A stretch of 64,000 nucleotides of DNA, taken from contig NMRA01000717.1 of the NCBI GenBank assembly GCA_002633005.1, positions 1 through 64,000 on the forward strand. The letters run 5' to 3'. Origin of the DNA: Phoronis australis (Eukaryota; Animalia; Phoronida). Every line of letters starts with the position of its first letter. The first letter of the stretch is position 1. Positions 1-12,800 of this stretch are shown here, piece by piece. The notes below the pieces were generated by a model. It was not told the DNA's origin. It was given only the letters and a program-made list of their open reading frames with translations, and made no database searches. A program made the position numbers and the translations under genes.

Positions 1-602
1 TCACCCCGTAAACCTAACAACTTATATACCCAGAAAATTTGACAATTCATTCTTCATGACACCATGAAAGCCAGAATACCACGAAACCCATGCAATCACG
101 CCTACGTACAATGAATGATCTTAACGTTTATTATGACTTTCACATGCCAAAAATAGAAAGTAAATCTTTTGTAGTTTTACTCGGTGTTTGAAATTTTCTA
201 GTAAAATCGATGGTTTGTTGTCTCAGCAAAATCAAAAACTATCAGATATTTTTTTTATTTTCTCACATAAGCGCTAATTACCCGTCATGGTAACATAAGT
301 ACACTCATTTACTCGCTTGTGATCAAAGCTGATATTACTCCATTACATTTCGAAGGCAACACTAGTCATCAAGAACACTCGTTTATTTTTCACGGGTAAA
401 CGGTTTTCACCCGTTATGCTAACGTGCCACTCAGGGTATTTTCGATTTGCTTGTAATCAAAAACAGCCTAAAACTTACACTTTAAGGTTACACAGGACCT
501 TATTGACGAGTTTATGCGTTCAGCCAAATATCTATAAACCTACGAAAATTGACTCAGTAAAAGTGTATAGTTTGTGAAAGTAGTGAAGACTGTAGAATGC
601 GG

Positions 603-640
603 TTTCTGAGATATCATCTTAAAAGATGATATCTCAGAAA
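603..640. repeat. Perfect 18-bp-arm inverted repeat
   Basis: tttctgagatatcatctt-aa-aagatgatatctcagaaa. Confidence 0.9.
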
Positions 641-1027
641 GCCGTTACTCTTATCTAGGCCTACATTGTCATTTCGATTTTGTTTTATGCAACGTTTGAG
701 TTATTTCATAAAATTTATAAAATTTCTACTTTTGGTAACCTAAATGCGAAAATGGAACATTTCAAAAATGTTTCCTGATATCGTTTTTGAGAACAGTGCA
801 TATGGAGTAAAGTATACGAGCCATTTTTTACTGAGACATGATGTTCCGAACTTAGCCAAATGCAGATATTTTCTAGGGTCATACACAATCTTAAGCTTCC
901 GGCCCTCGATTTCACTGGACATACAAATACTACTTGCTGTCAAACTGGTGAGATTACCCTCAATTTTAGAGATTTTCTATCCATGTGGGTGCTCGAGAGC
1001 AACGAGTAACAGATGTAAATCTTCAGG

Positions 1028-1322
1028 GGTCTGTTTCATGAAAGAGACTTTTAAGTAACTTTTTCTGACTTAAAATACTGTCGGACAGAACTTTAGCCTC
1101 ACACTCCACATACCTATTTCTGAAAAACACTTAAACCTCACTTCAACAAAAGACGAAAGTATCTGAAAATATACACATAGTTGCTAGTTGCTGAGTAAAT
1201 CAGTACACATTACTTCCAACGGTATTGACGGGCTACTAATTACATGAGTAAACCTTTAATTGGTCATTATTAAGCCGGAGCGTAGGACCAAAAATCTTAA
1301 GTCACTTTTCATGAAACAAACC
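1028..1322. mobile_element. MITE with ~16-bp TIRs
   Basis: ggtctgtttcatgaaa ... tttcatgaaacaaacc. Confidence 0.55.
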
Positions 1323-2614
1323 GAAATCAGACCTGTAAGTAACTAGGTACAACTGCTTAGTAAAATTAGCTTGGTTACTCGGAAGGTTGAAGCAGTAGAA
1401 AGTAAAAATGTGAAAAAGTCGAGTCTCGCAACGTTACACGTGGGAACGCAACTTATAAAAGCAAACAACTTACTTGCTTGCGGAGGTGATCAAGTCTATA
1501 ACACAAAACACCGATAGAAAGAACACAGCTACGTGAAGAGGTGTGTGAGCGAGCATAGCTAATCTATTAGATGTACTTCAACAAGCCAGTCCAGATATTT
1601 GTCATACACCTCATTTACGTCAACAGTATTTATACAGACATTTAATAAAAGATGGCGCTATAAACCATCTTTAAGGATTTATACGGGGACAAAAGGGACG
1701 ACTGTAATTATTTTTTAACGTGCTCACATGACTTGAAATGCTCGCATGTACTTTTACTTAATGTCAAAAACACGGAATACTTGACGTTACTATACGTGGA
1801 CACTACGAGGCACTGACGATAGTATTTTTGGTGAGGCAATTATTGGTCTTATAGGCCAGCGTATGGACAGGCAGACCAACGAACTGGTAAACAGATAGGT
1901 AAACAAACAAACATATACACTGACCAGGTAGGTAGTGTGGCAGAGTGAGGTAGACATTGTAGTGTACCGATTCCCCCAATAATTGCAAGCGTCAGGGTTA
2001 ATACCGTGGGAACCGTCATAGGTGTGAGGCATGATGCAGTCGCCGCCTAGTAAAGAGACAGAGAAACATGTAAAAGAAAGAAAAGTCAAGAGATCATTTG
2101 TCATCTACCCGCAGTGCCTGATTTTCCCTTTGAGGGCCCTGGCCAGGGCATTTTGTTAAGATTCTCCCATTATTGGTAACTAAGTTATTAAGGGGCTGCT
2201 CACGGAAAGATAGGGACAAATGATGGAAATCCTCTATTTTCCGGCTGTTCTCGTGAAATGATACAACCATTTACGTTAATGATGGTCACTTGTTTGACGT
2301 TACACGACGTTAGAATTAATTGTGATTTTTTATATATTTTTTAATGATATTTAGCCTTTCATATTAAGGAGTCCCCTCTCAGACGGGGACCTCTCTCAGA
2401 GGGTGGCCCGGGGCAATTGCCCCTCTGTCTCATTATAAATCCGGTACTGCGTCACGAGGAGAAGATAAGATTTCAAATTCATCACAAAAATGACATTTTC
2501 GTGTAAAGCATTGAACTATCAAGACATTTGGCCCAAACAACCAAACAGATTGTACTGAAACATTTAATAGGATGAAAAAATATTTAAATGTGTGCAGTTT
2601 TAGTGTTTGGGGGG

Positions 2615-2751
2615 NNNNNNNNNNNNNNNNNNNNNNNNNNNNNNNNNNNNNNNNNNNNNNNNNNNNNNNNNNNNNNNNNNNNNNNNNNNNNNNNNNNNNN
2701 NNNNNNNNNNNNNNNNNNNNNNNNNNNNNNNNNNNNNNNNNNNNNNNNNNN
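2615..2751. other. Assembly gap (run of N)
   Basis: 137 consecutive Ns. Confidence 0.99.
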
Positions 2752-3692
2752 TGGAACCTGAGTGACGATGAAAAAACAGAAGCTGCTGGTAAGATGTGAA
2801 TTTTAATCGAAGCCTTAGTGAGTCACTCAGAAACTCGCAATACTCTCTTTGTCAAACCTTATCTTAAGACGATTTCCAAAGCAATCCCGTCATTATTGCC
2901 AACACGAAAAACGAATTTGGTCATTTGGGCATTTGAAGACCATTTTAAATACGACAAATTTGTTAAGAATTGATGGCACAAAATCTAAAACGTGTAATAA
3001 GCATTACAAAAAGAAGTAGGTTTCGCGCGCAAACGCTGTGGACCATAAACAAATGAGTAGGTCTCTTAGTATGAGATTAGTAGTTAAATAGTGGTGGTGT
3101 ATTGGTAATGCACGCGCGCTCTAACCGCCATGTCGTGACTTCGAATCTTTGGAACTTGCAGTTTTTCCTGTTTGACACGTTCTTCGTTTTTTTTTTTGCC
3201 TTTTTTTCTTGGATAATACTTCAGGAATCAAGAAAAATGCTTGATTTTTAGAGGTAAAAACAGAAAAATTTCCTGGGCGGGAGGGGGCAAACCCCTTTCC
3301 CGGACCTCCCCCCATTCGGTGCTATGCGCATCTACAATTGTGGTTCACTTTGCGCAAATGCTTACAGCCGGACAAAATGTTGGGCCCCCTTGTGATATCC
3401 TAGATCTGCCACTGTGAACTCAGTGTACTTGTCTTCTAAGTTTTTATTTGTTTACTGTATAAACCTCAGTTTATTTATTTTCATTTTTGTCACTCTTAGT
3501 ACCCCCGCCAGATGGGGGTCAAGGAGTAAATAAACTATTGCTAATTGCCATTACTTTGACCTTCTAGTCCCGCGTCGGTGACGAGCAGTCTACGTAGCCA
3601 GGTGCGAGGGATAGGAGAGAGTTGCAGACGTTCGCCACCAGAACACTAGGTGGAGTTATCGCACATGCTTTAAATGGGTCAAAGGAAGAAAA

Positions 3693-3854
3693 ATGTCAGC
3701 CTCTTTGACAGCTATCTGTGGTATTTTGTTAGCAGTTGTTCTATACCACGGAAAAAGAGTTGTTACATGGTTAATTAGGAAGCATAGGATAAATGTGATA
3801 GTTGACCAACTCCCTGGATCTAGAGGAGAATTTTTTATGGGACATCTAAGAGAG
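3693..3854 (+). CDS. CYP4-like exon 1
   Basis: [18 protein letters not shown]...[15 protein letters not shown], then GTAAG donor (phase 0). Confidence 0.88.
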
Positions 3855-6800
3855 GTAAGCCTAACTGACTCAGTGCACTACCATAGAATATTACCCTGGC
3901 CTCTAGTACTCTTGGCTGTCGCACTCGTAGCTGTAGGCCTTGCCTACAGACTGAGTACAGACAGCAAGCTCTACCACCGTCTCAAGTGGCCCGAGAAAAG
4001 ACGGTGGCCATCCTATAGTCCCTCGATATGCTGGAAACTTTTTGGTGAATTATTCCCTTCGCTGATTAAACCATCAGTCAAGTTGCGCTGAGTACCTTTT
4101 GCTCATGAGTCATGGACACCTTAGCCCCAGTGAGTTAGGCTTAGGGGACTGTTGATGTCTTTAACTCTTCCCAGCTCAAACAAATATTCCTGCAATCAAA
4201 CTTTTTTTGGTCGTGCCAGGGTATATTACGTCATATCCTCTGGCACGAGCTGTGAAAAAATAGGTAGTTGCTGATTTAGAATCTCAGAAAATAACGATAT
4301 TCATTTAACAAGAAACAATGTTATTTGGAACACCTGTTGCATAGTTGTCATCATTAGAGAATGAAAAAATGGGACTGCAGGATTGAAAAGCGGAACGTGT
4401 GGAAAATGTGGCTCTACTTCTATGCCAAAACACAAGGGTGAAATATTCGCCGCAACACACAAAAACATCGCGACAACATTTTTGTCGAATGGAAGACATA
4501 ACACCCAAACGTGCGCAACAGTATTTCTTGTTTTTATTAGTTGAATGGGAATTTGCGGGTGGCGCAAAAACTCATGAAATGTCTCATTTTTTAGTTGAAC
4601 AGGAAAATTAGGAAATCACACGATAATGTTCTGCTGTGTGTCAAAAGGCGGAATATTTTGATTGCGTAGCGGGATGGCAGGAAAAATTTAAGAAAGTGGG
4701 ATAGTCTGCCAAGAATGGGACAGTTGATGAGTACAATGTACACTGTTGGTAACACAAAGTATTGGATTGTATTCTTTTACAAGGTAAACCTTTTATTTAT
4801 TAAATTTTATTTCACAAGCATTTGTAAAGGCTGCAGGTACTATTACTGCTCAGAAATGGAATTAAGAAAAATGTATCTCTGCAACAGGTAAACATTGCAC
4901 AAATTAATTATTATAGAAACAATAGGAAACAGTAATAATATATACATGCACATACACAGTCATTCACTCCCTTAATAAAGCCAATAAATACAGGGTAGTT
5001 TTTCAAAAGTCACGTAAACACTCCTGTTAGGAGGGCCTACACGTTCATTTATAATTGCAGAACAATGACTCAGAAACCAAATGTCACTTATTTCGTAAAA
5101 TGCTGTACCATGATCTTAACACCCGAAAATGTCTTGTTGAAAAACTCTTAACGATAGCTCTAAGACTGGGACTGAAACATTTTGGAGGCCAGACTATTCC
5201 CAGCATCTAGCCCGAGCTACGGGTTGCTGCATATAAAGGATGACCAATGAATGTAATTGATGGGTTTGTATTTTGCCAAGGAATTGCTGGTTGTCTGGAA
5301 CCGTACCTCAAAAGTCACACTTTCTGAACAAAAAAGAGAAAATGAAAGTGAAGCAATGAAATTAGGCTTAATTTGATAACTTCAGCACTCAATCAAAACT
5401 CAGCTGAGCAGACAACTGGAAATTCACAGTGCAAACTCTCAATGCCTGTCCCTTGAAATTTTGGGGTCGCAAACTCTTAACACAAAAATGCATGGGTCAC
5501 GCGCGGGAGTTGATAATCTAGCTCTAAAGTTGTACTTACCAGATAGTTATTTATTTAATTATGGGCATTAGACTGTAGTACATACTTATTGCTATGGTTA
5601 AAAATTATTTTCGTGTTTCCTTATGTCCGTATAAGATGATGCATGTCAGAAGAAAAGTTATTGGGACACGCTTTTGAAGCGACTTTTTGCTCAACAAATC
5701 AGCCAAATAATGCGATTTTTTTCTACTCTACGGTTTCAGTGATCATGACATAATGGATTGTGCATTGAATTTTACTCATGACGCATTAATGACAAATGGA
5801 AGTGCTAGTTATTTTACTTCCAAAGCGATTTAAACACATCAGGAACAAAGATCATGTGCAACGTTTTAGTGGACTTTTAAATGAATAATTCGAAAATTGG
5901 AGAGTGGCTGTTTCGCTAGTCATATACGTTAACTTGGGCAAATGGGAATCTTTCTAGAAACCACAAATATTATCAGCTTTTGCTTTTGCATGATGAACAC
6001 AGTATATTGTTCTGATGACTTGCAAAACATGAGATATCAAAATCAAAGATTTAAACGTGGCTGTTATGTTTCAGTTTAAAAGAACTTCAACTGAAGAGTA
6101 TGTACAGCAGATGATTGACAAGTGGCCAAACAGGTACAAAACGGCTTACAAAGTATGGATGGGTCCTATTGAGGCAGTGGTACGTGTGTGTCATCCAGAT
6201 ACTGTGCGTAAAGTACTGAAGACGGCTGAGCCTAAGCCACTGGGCGGTAAATCAATGACCATTATTGGGTATGACCTGGACATTGACTGGTTAGGTATGT
6301 GACTTCTTGGCAGCATCGTCAATAAACTATTAACAAACTGGTATTTTTCATTTCTTAGTGTACAGGTTCTTCATTGAAGTCTTTTGCAACTTTGAACTGA
6401 TTCTTTTTTATTGTGTGTAACGAAAAATATTCTTAATTGTTTGAAATGCAGGCTTGAGCTGGTGAATGCACTATAATGCAACTAAGTGGTGGCATCATCT
6501 ACAGACACGTGATGGGCTTCAAAAGCAACTACATCAACGCAAATTTCATTGAGAATGTTTATTTTAAATTGGTTGTAGGTGAAAGCATTATCCTAACATC
6601 TGGTGCCAAGTGGTTCCGAAATCGACGATTAATGACTAATGCTTTTCACTTTGACATCTTGAGGAAGTATTTGTCTAAAGTGAATGAGTGTACAAGTACA
6701 TTCTTGGTAAGTTGTACATAAAGAGTGATTCTGATTTCTGAATGTTACATGCAGTACAAGACAAAGGAATTCAGATAAAATGACCCAGAATTCCCTGTCA

Positions 6801-9800
6801 TGATGGCTGAGAGGACACCAAATTCACCATCAGAGTTGTCTCCCCTGATGACGAACATATTGATGAGCAGCAGAGGTTCCATAGACTGTGTTCGTAGGCA
6901 CTGGAGCCATGTTTGCGATCCTTGTTCAATCCATACTTTCTGGGTGACGAGGCCATTTTTTTGCCCAAGTTTGTGAGACGATGAACTGAGTTTACAGGTC
7001 GGTGAGCCATGCTGTTCATTCAGCCTGAAGCGTGGAAGTATTGATAAAGGAAACTCACCTTCTATGATGACAACATCTGATTTAGATCATTTACCATGAT
7101 CATAAAACTGCTCTCAAGTTATTCCTCACTCAGATTAGATGTTATTTCCAAGCTTGGGCAGAACTGAAAATTTGTTATCACTTGAGACAATACTCTATAC
7201 GTTGTCTTGTTATGCGCCGAAAGTAATAACATAACACTACTTATTTTTAACCATAAATTCATTTGCTTCATATAGTGGTCAGTTTATTTGAATCTTCTTT
7301 CAATGTGTTATTAGCTCCCTTGACTCATCATGAGCTGAATGAATGTTAATTAAAAATATTTGAATTTGTGTCCCCTTTTCCTCTGTCTACAGGACCTTCT
7401 TGCAATCGCATCTACGGAGAGGAGTGTAGTGTTGGACGACCATATCTTAATGCTGACTCTAGATGTCTTACTGAAATGTGCGTTTTCATATGATGGAAAC
7501 GTGCAAGCTCAAGGGTTTGTGCATTATCAAGTCATAACACTGTAGAACTAACAGTTATGGTTAGCATTACTGAACATTAACGGCCTGTTGAAATTCGGAG
7601 GTTTTTATCTACTGCAAGTCCTCCTCAATTAGCGGCATGACAGTCATTCATTACGGGACAGTTATTGTCTCTTAAACATCTGGTGATATCATAGATAACT
7701 TGACAACGTATAGCCTGATATTTTATAATTGCATTTTTGTTGTGTGATTGAACTTCGGCTTGATTTGATGGTGCATGCCTGGTGAATCATCCGTGTAAAA
7801 TGTTAGGCATCATTTTGTTACAATTGGAGGGTCGCTTTCATTCTTTTTTGTCGTGGTGGCCTTGTCGTACTCGCACCAAAAAGTATTTTGTTGTGGACTC
7901 ATGCTTAAAATTCTTGTTTACGATTTTCTAAATTATCATTTCGTTTTCATTTTATGCAACTTTTAAGTTTTTAATAAAAATCAGAACAGTCTTATTTTTG
8001 ATGGCCCCTCATGCAAAAGTGTGGAATTATGATAATTTAAAATATACTTATTCCTTACACCATTTTTGAGAAAAGTGCATAAAGCACACTATCTAAAAGT
8101 TTCATGTCATTCTGATTTGTTATTTCGGAAATGTTCTGAAATTCACAAAATTTGGGCATTTTTGCAGGGTCTTACATAACCTTGACAGAGTAATGTTATT
8201 CTGCTTACCATTTCTGTGGTTTTCTTTTCAGTTATGAAAATGAGTATGCCTTGGCCAATAAGCTGATAGTTAGTGGAACTTACACCAGAGTTATGTAAGT
8301 TTAATTTCCTCTGTTAGTCACATTGTTTTGATACCTTGTCGAGATATTCTGTTTGTAAGAAATTACGAGAATTACCGGAAACATTGCTCGATTCATTATT
8401 TCGCTAAGTGTTAAAGTTTTGTTTGGATTTAGTCCCCTGTTTGTGCTAATGAACAGGTGAAGTCCAGATGCGTATGTGTTTCAACACATGCCTTTCAAAT
8501 CTCAGCCCCTCTGTTTGAGTGGTCTTACAAAATCATCCAGTGACTAGATGAAATGAGTATTATAATAATATTGTTCATGCTTATAACGCTGCTTATGATG
8601 TGAATGTTGTACGTGACTGTTTACTGTTGTTGAACTAATGAGACATTTGTTTCAGTAAAGAACTATGAGAAAGAATGTATTGCATGCAGCAAGCTTGTAA
8701 CAATTGTACTTTTCTTCACCCCTCTTTCTCTCTTCTCACTCCTTCCCGTCTCACTTTCCCGCCCTACACTAGTCACCTTCATCTTTCCCACGCCCCCTTC
8801 TGGTGTTTTTGTTTTGCCACTCTTCTCAAATTTTTGTGCACTTTCATTAATTATTCACATTTCTGATACTTTTCAGAAAGCCTTGGCTTATACCAGATTT
8901 TATATACAGACTTACAAGTGATGGTCGACTTTTTTTCAAGAAAGTTGCCTTTGTTGAGAAATTTCTGACTGATGTAATTGCGGCGAGAAAAGCAACGGTT
9001 GTAAGTACAAATTTGTCCCTTTGGCTGAATGTTTGTCGGAAGTCTTAACTAAAACCTTTTTAGACAAATTAAACTCACAGCCAGCTCTTGGTGGAGTCCA
9101 CACACAGATAATTTACCCTAGAACAAGTTACTCCTGGAACGAGTTGTCGCTAGCTTTGGAGGCTGTGTGGAAGCTATTTAACCTAGCGCAACTTACTCCA
9201 CTTGTGAAAACTTACTCCACTTTATCGATGTAGGGTAACTTGTCCTAGGGTAACTTACGCCACTTCTAATTCTTGTGTGGCCGCAAACCTGGGACAAGGT
9301 GGACATTATTATCAGTTGCGGTTACATACAGACAGGTTTTCTTTTGCGTGTCGTGTTTGCATTGTCGTGCACAGTGCGACAACTTCTGCCCTACCTTAGT
9401 TATCTGATGTGTGTGTGTGTGTGTGCGTGTGCGTGTGCGTGTGCGTGTGTGTGGACGCTCCACTTAAAAGTGGGGTAAGTTGCGCTTATTACAAGTTGTT
9501 CTAGGGTAGGTTGTGTGTGGACATGACTATATTTGATTATTTCGAAGATAGTGTGCGACACTGACCACAAAGAGTGCCAACTTAAAGAATAAAACCTGGG
9601 TACAAATCATAGGTGGATCCAAGGGGGACAAGGGGGTCTGGTTCCTCCTTTTTATGTGCCTGCATATTAGTGGACTCATTATGCCGTCATCTCTGTCTGT
9701 CTGTCCAGCATCCATCCAGCGTCCGTCCGGCGTCCACTGGTCTATCTCCAAAACCCTTTGACATATGTTCCTTTTATGAATGGGACAGCTTGAGCGAAGT

Positions 9801-12800
9801 TTTGGACGGATCAGACTACCGGTGTGCCCCCTAGTGGCAATTTTAGTTTTTTATGCTTACCTCTATATCTTCAAAGGTCCTCAACGTATTTTCATAAAAT
9901 TTGGGATATAGGCATCTATTAGTGAGATGATGCTATCCTCCCGTTTTCGGATCGATTTGATGTAGTTTGCACCACCTAGTGGCCATTTTTAATGTTTTTT
10001 AGTCTGTTTTGTGGCGTCCACCCCTATATCAACCAAACGGCTCCAAGGATGATTGCGAAAATTGGCATGTATGTTCTTACTACAAAGCTGACGATTTTCC
10101 GACGGCTTTGACTACTGTGGCGCCTCCTAGTGACAGTTTTGTTGTTTTTTGTTTTGTTCCCATGGCCGTTTGCAGGATTGTTGCTAAATTTAGCAAGTGC
10201 TTTTATATTATGTTCATAACGGATGACAACAACTTTTGGACGGATCTGGTTACCAGTGTGCCCCCTAGTGACAATTTTAGTTTTTTAGGTTTATCTCTGT
10301 ATCTTCGAAGGTCCTCAACAGATTTTCAGAAAATGTGGAATATAGGCATCTGTTGGTAAGATGATGCATGCTACTGTTTTCAGATGGAATCGAGGTACTT
10401 TGCACCACCTAGTGGCCATTTTTGCTGCTTTTGAGTCTGTTTTTTAGCGTCCACCCCTCGATCAACCAAACTATTCTAAGAATGATTTTGAACATTGGCG
10501 TGTATGTTCTTAGTGTGAAGAGAGTGTTTGACAATAACGAATTCGACTTCTGTGGCGCCTCCTAGAGATAGTTTTGTTTTGTTTTGCACCCACAGCTGCA
10601 TCTCCTTAACACACCGTATGATTTCATTAAATTTAGTAATTGTATTTATATGAAGCTAACAACAGACGACGTCTCTCAGGCCGATCCAATAAACGCTGTG
10701 CCCTATAGTGGCAATTTAATTTTTTCCATTTTCCTTCGTTTCTCTGGAGTTCTTTGACAGAATTTTATGAAATTTGGTAAATAGCTTTCTATTAAAGTAG
10801 CCATGGCATTTTTTCATTTTGAGGTGGACTGGATGTTTTTGCGCCACCTAGTGGCTATTTTTGTGAAACAAACAACCCTAGATACACACCGTTTGCGTTG
10901 CATTCGTGGGCACATTTCAACGCTCCACGTTGCTCTAGTTTTTTTGATTTTACTGATATCAAATCTACAATTTTCAAATTGTTGACTGAGACCCCCCTTT
11001 AAAAAAAATCCTGGATGCACCCTCGCAAATATAGTGATTCGTTGATTTGTATGACGTTGTACTGCAGACTGAGAAGTGTTTATTAATTACTTCTGCATCT
11101 ATTTTCTGTACAGTGCAAGATTAACCAAAAATAAACCACAGCTTATGAGAGCTGCACAAGAAGGGACCCCTCATCACAGGAACAAGGGCCCTCTTGGGAA
11201 CTGCATGGATCTAGGGGGTGCTTGCAACTCTGGTAATTGGGGTAGTTGTAATGATGGGGTGGCTTGAAGGCTTTTCATAACTTTGGGGCCCTTGAAACCT
11301 TAAACTGGCATTTTGTTTTTGCAGCTGAAAGTTCACACCAGACTTGCATTTTACTTATTGCTGTAAGTGGGTGCATTTGGCATCATTTTTTGGGAAATTC
11401 TGTTTGTTTTTCTTGAGAATATTTACAAGTTAGAGAAATAATTCAAGTAACATTCAATACAGTAAGTTATTTTTAACACCCATTATGTGACAGATTTGTT
11501 TTGCATCCATTGCAGAATAGCAACAACTGTGATACTCAATTGTCGACATCAAATAAGAAAACGCTCGACTTTCTAGACACCCTGCTGACTGCCCGTGACG
11601 ACGCTGGCCAAGGCCTGTCAGATGATGAAATACGTCAAGAAGTCAAGGGTGTTCTGGCTGCAGGTTAGTTTTTGTCTGGGCAAATTTTCACAAAATCGCA
11701 TTTTATGAAAATATTTAGAATATTTTTTATTTATAAAATAAAAAATCATTGGAGGTGTCGAGGAAATTAAAATCTAGGGCCTGTTGCAACCAAGATGGCT
11801 GAGGCACAGGATTGCAAAAGCATTGCTAAGTGTTTCACTGGAACAACACATTCAAAAACTTTAAAATTTGTCCATTGACTGAATTTACTCATAAGTACCA
11901 TCTTTACAACCCTGTAAGTTAAATGTTCTAGTACAATTTGGAGATAAATGATAAAATTATCTTAGCTACGACTGCATGTTCAACCTTTGATAAAACGGAA
12001 CCATTCTTTCTTGTGTTTAGTTAAGCTCTTCACTTTTATAGAAATGTTGTTGTAAGTATTGCATTAAAAACGTTGCAAGTGGAGTCATTTTCAGCGAGAT
12101 GTGTGTTAATTGGTGAAATTTGCTGAAGGTATTAAGTAATTATTTCCATCAACAGATGGTAGGAAGAGTCATAGTTCCTCTCATGACTTGTTGTTTTGCT
12201 TACTAAATTAGGCATTCAGGGAAATGTCGCTGTCTTCTAGATGGCACGTTGACAGTTTTAATGGTGTGATTTCTTCTTTATTAGGACATGACACGACAGC
12301 GGCGAATTTATCATGGGCTTTCTACAACTTGGCTAGACATCCGGAGATTCAGGAGAAAGTCAGACAGGAAGTGAATTCATTGCTGTCTAAGAGAGACAGT
12401 AGCGACATACTGTGGTAAGCAGTGAAGTAATAAAATGTATTCTTAGTGTAAATATCCTTGTTGTCAAATAGAGGAGTGAAGGAGTATATTCGCAGAGGTC
12501 AGCTTTAGATTAGTAAACATTTGTTGTTTTGGTAAAATTTTTCATTTTCAAAAAGTTGTTCCCTTGGTGCCTACTGAATCATCCAGCTCAGACCTAGAGC
12601 AAAATGATGACTTAGTTACCTATTCAAATGCTTTCAAACTCTTTTTTCTGGTACTTAAATGATTAACATTTTACTCTTAGTGGACTTTGTGGGCAGAAGC
12701 CTAGTCAACCTAATGTATGGCAAAAAAAGCAGTCAGTGTGCTCTCACAGTCGTCTTTGTTCACTGGTCCCAAAAAAGCTGGTCATAAATAAAATACTAAG

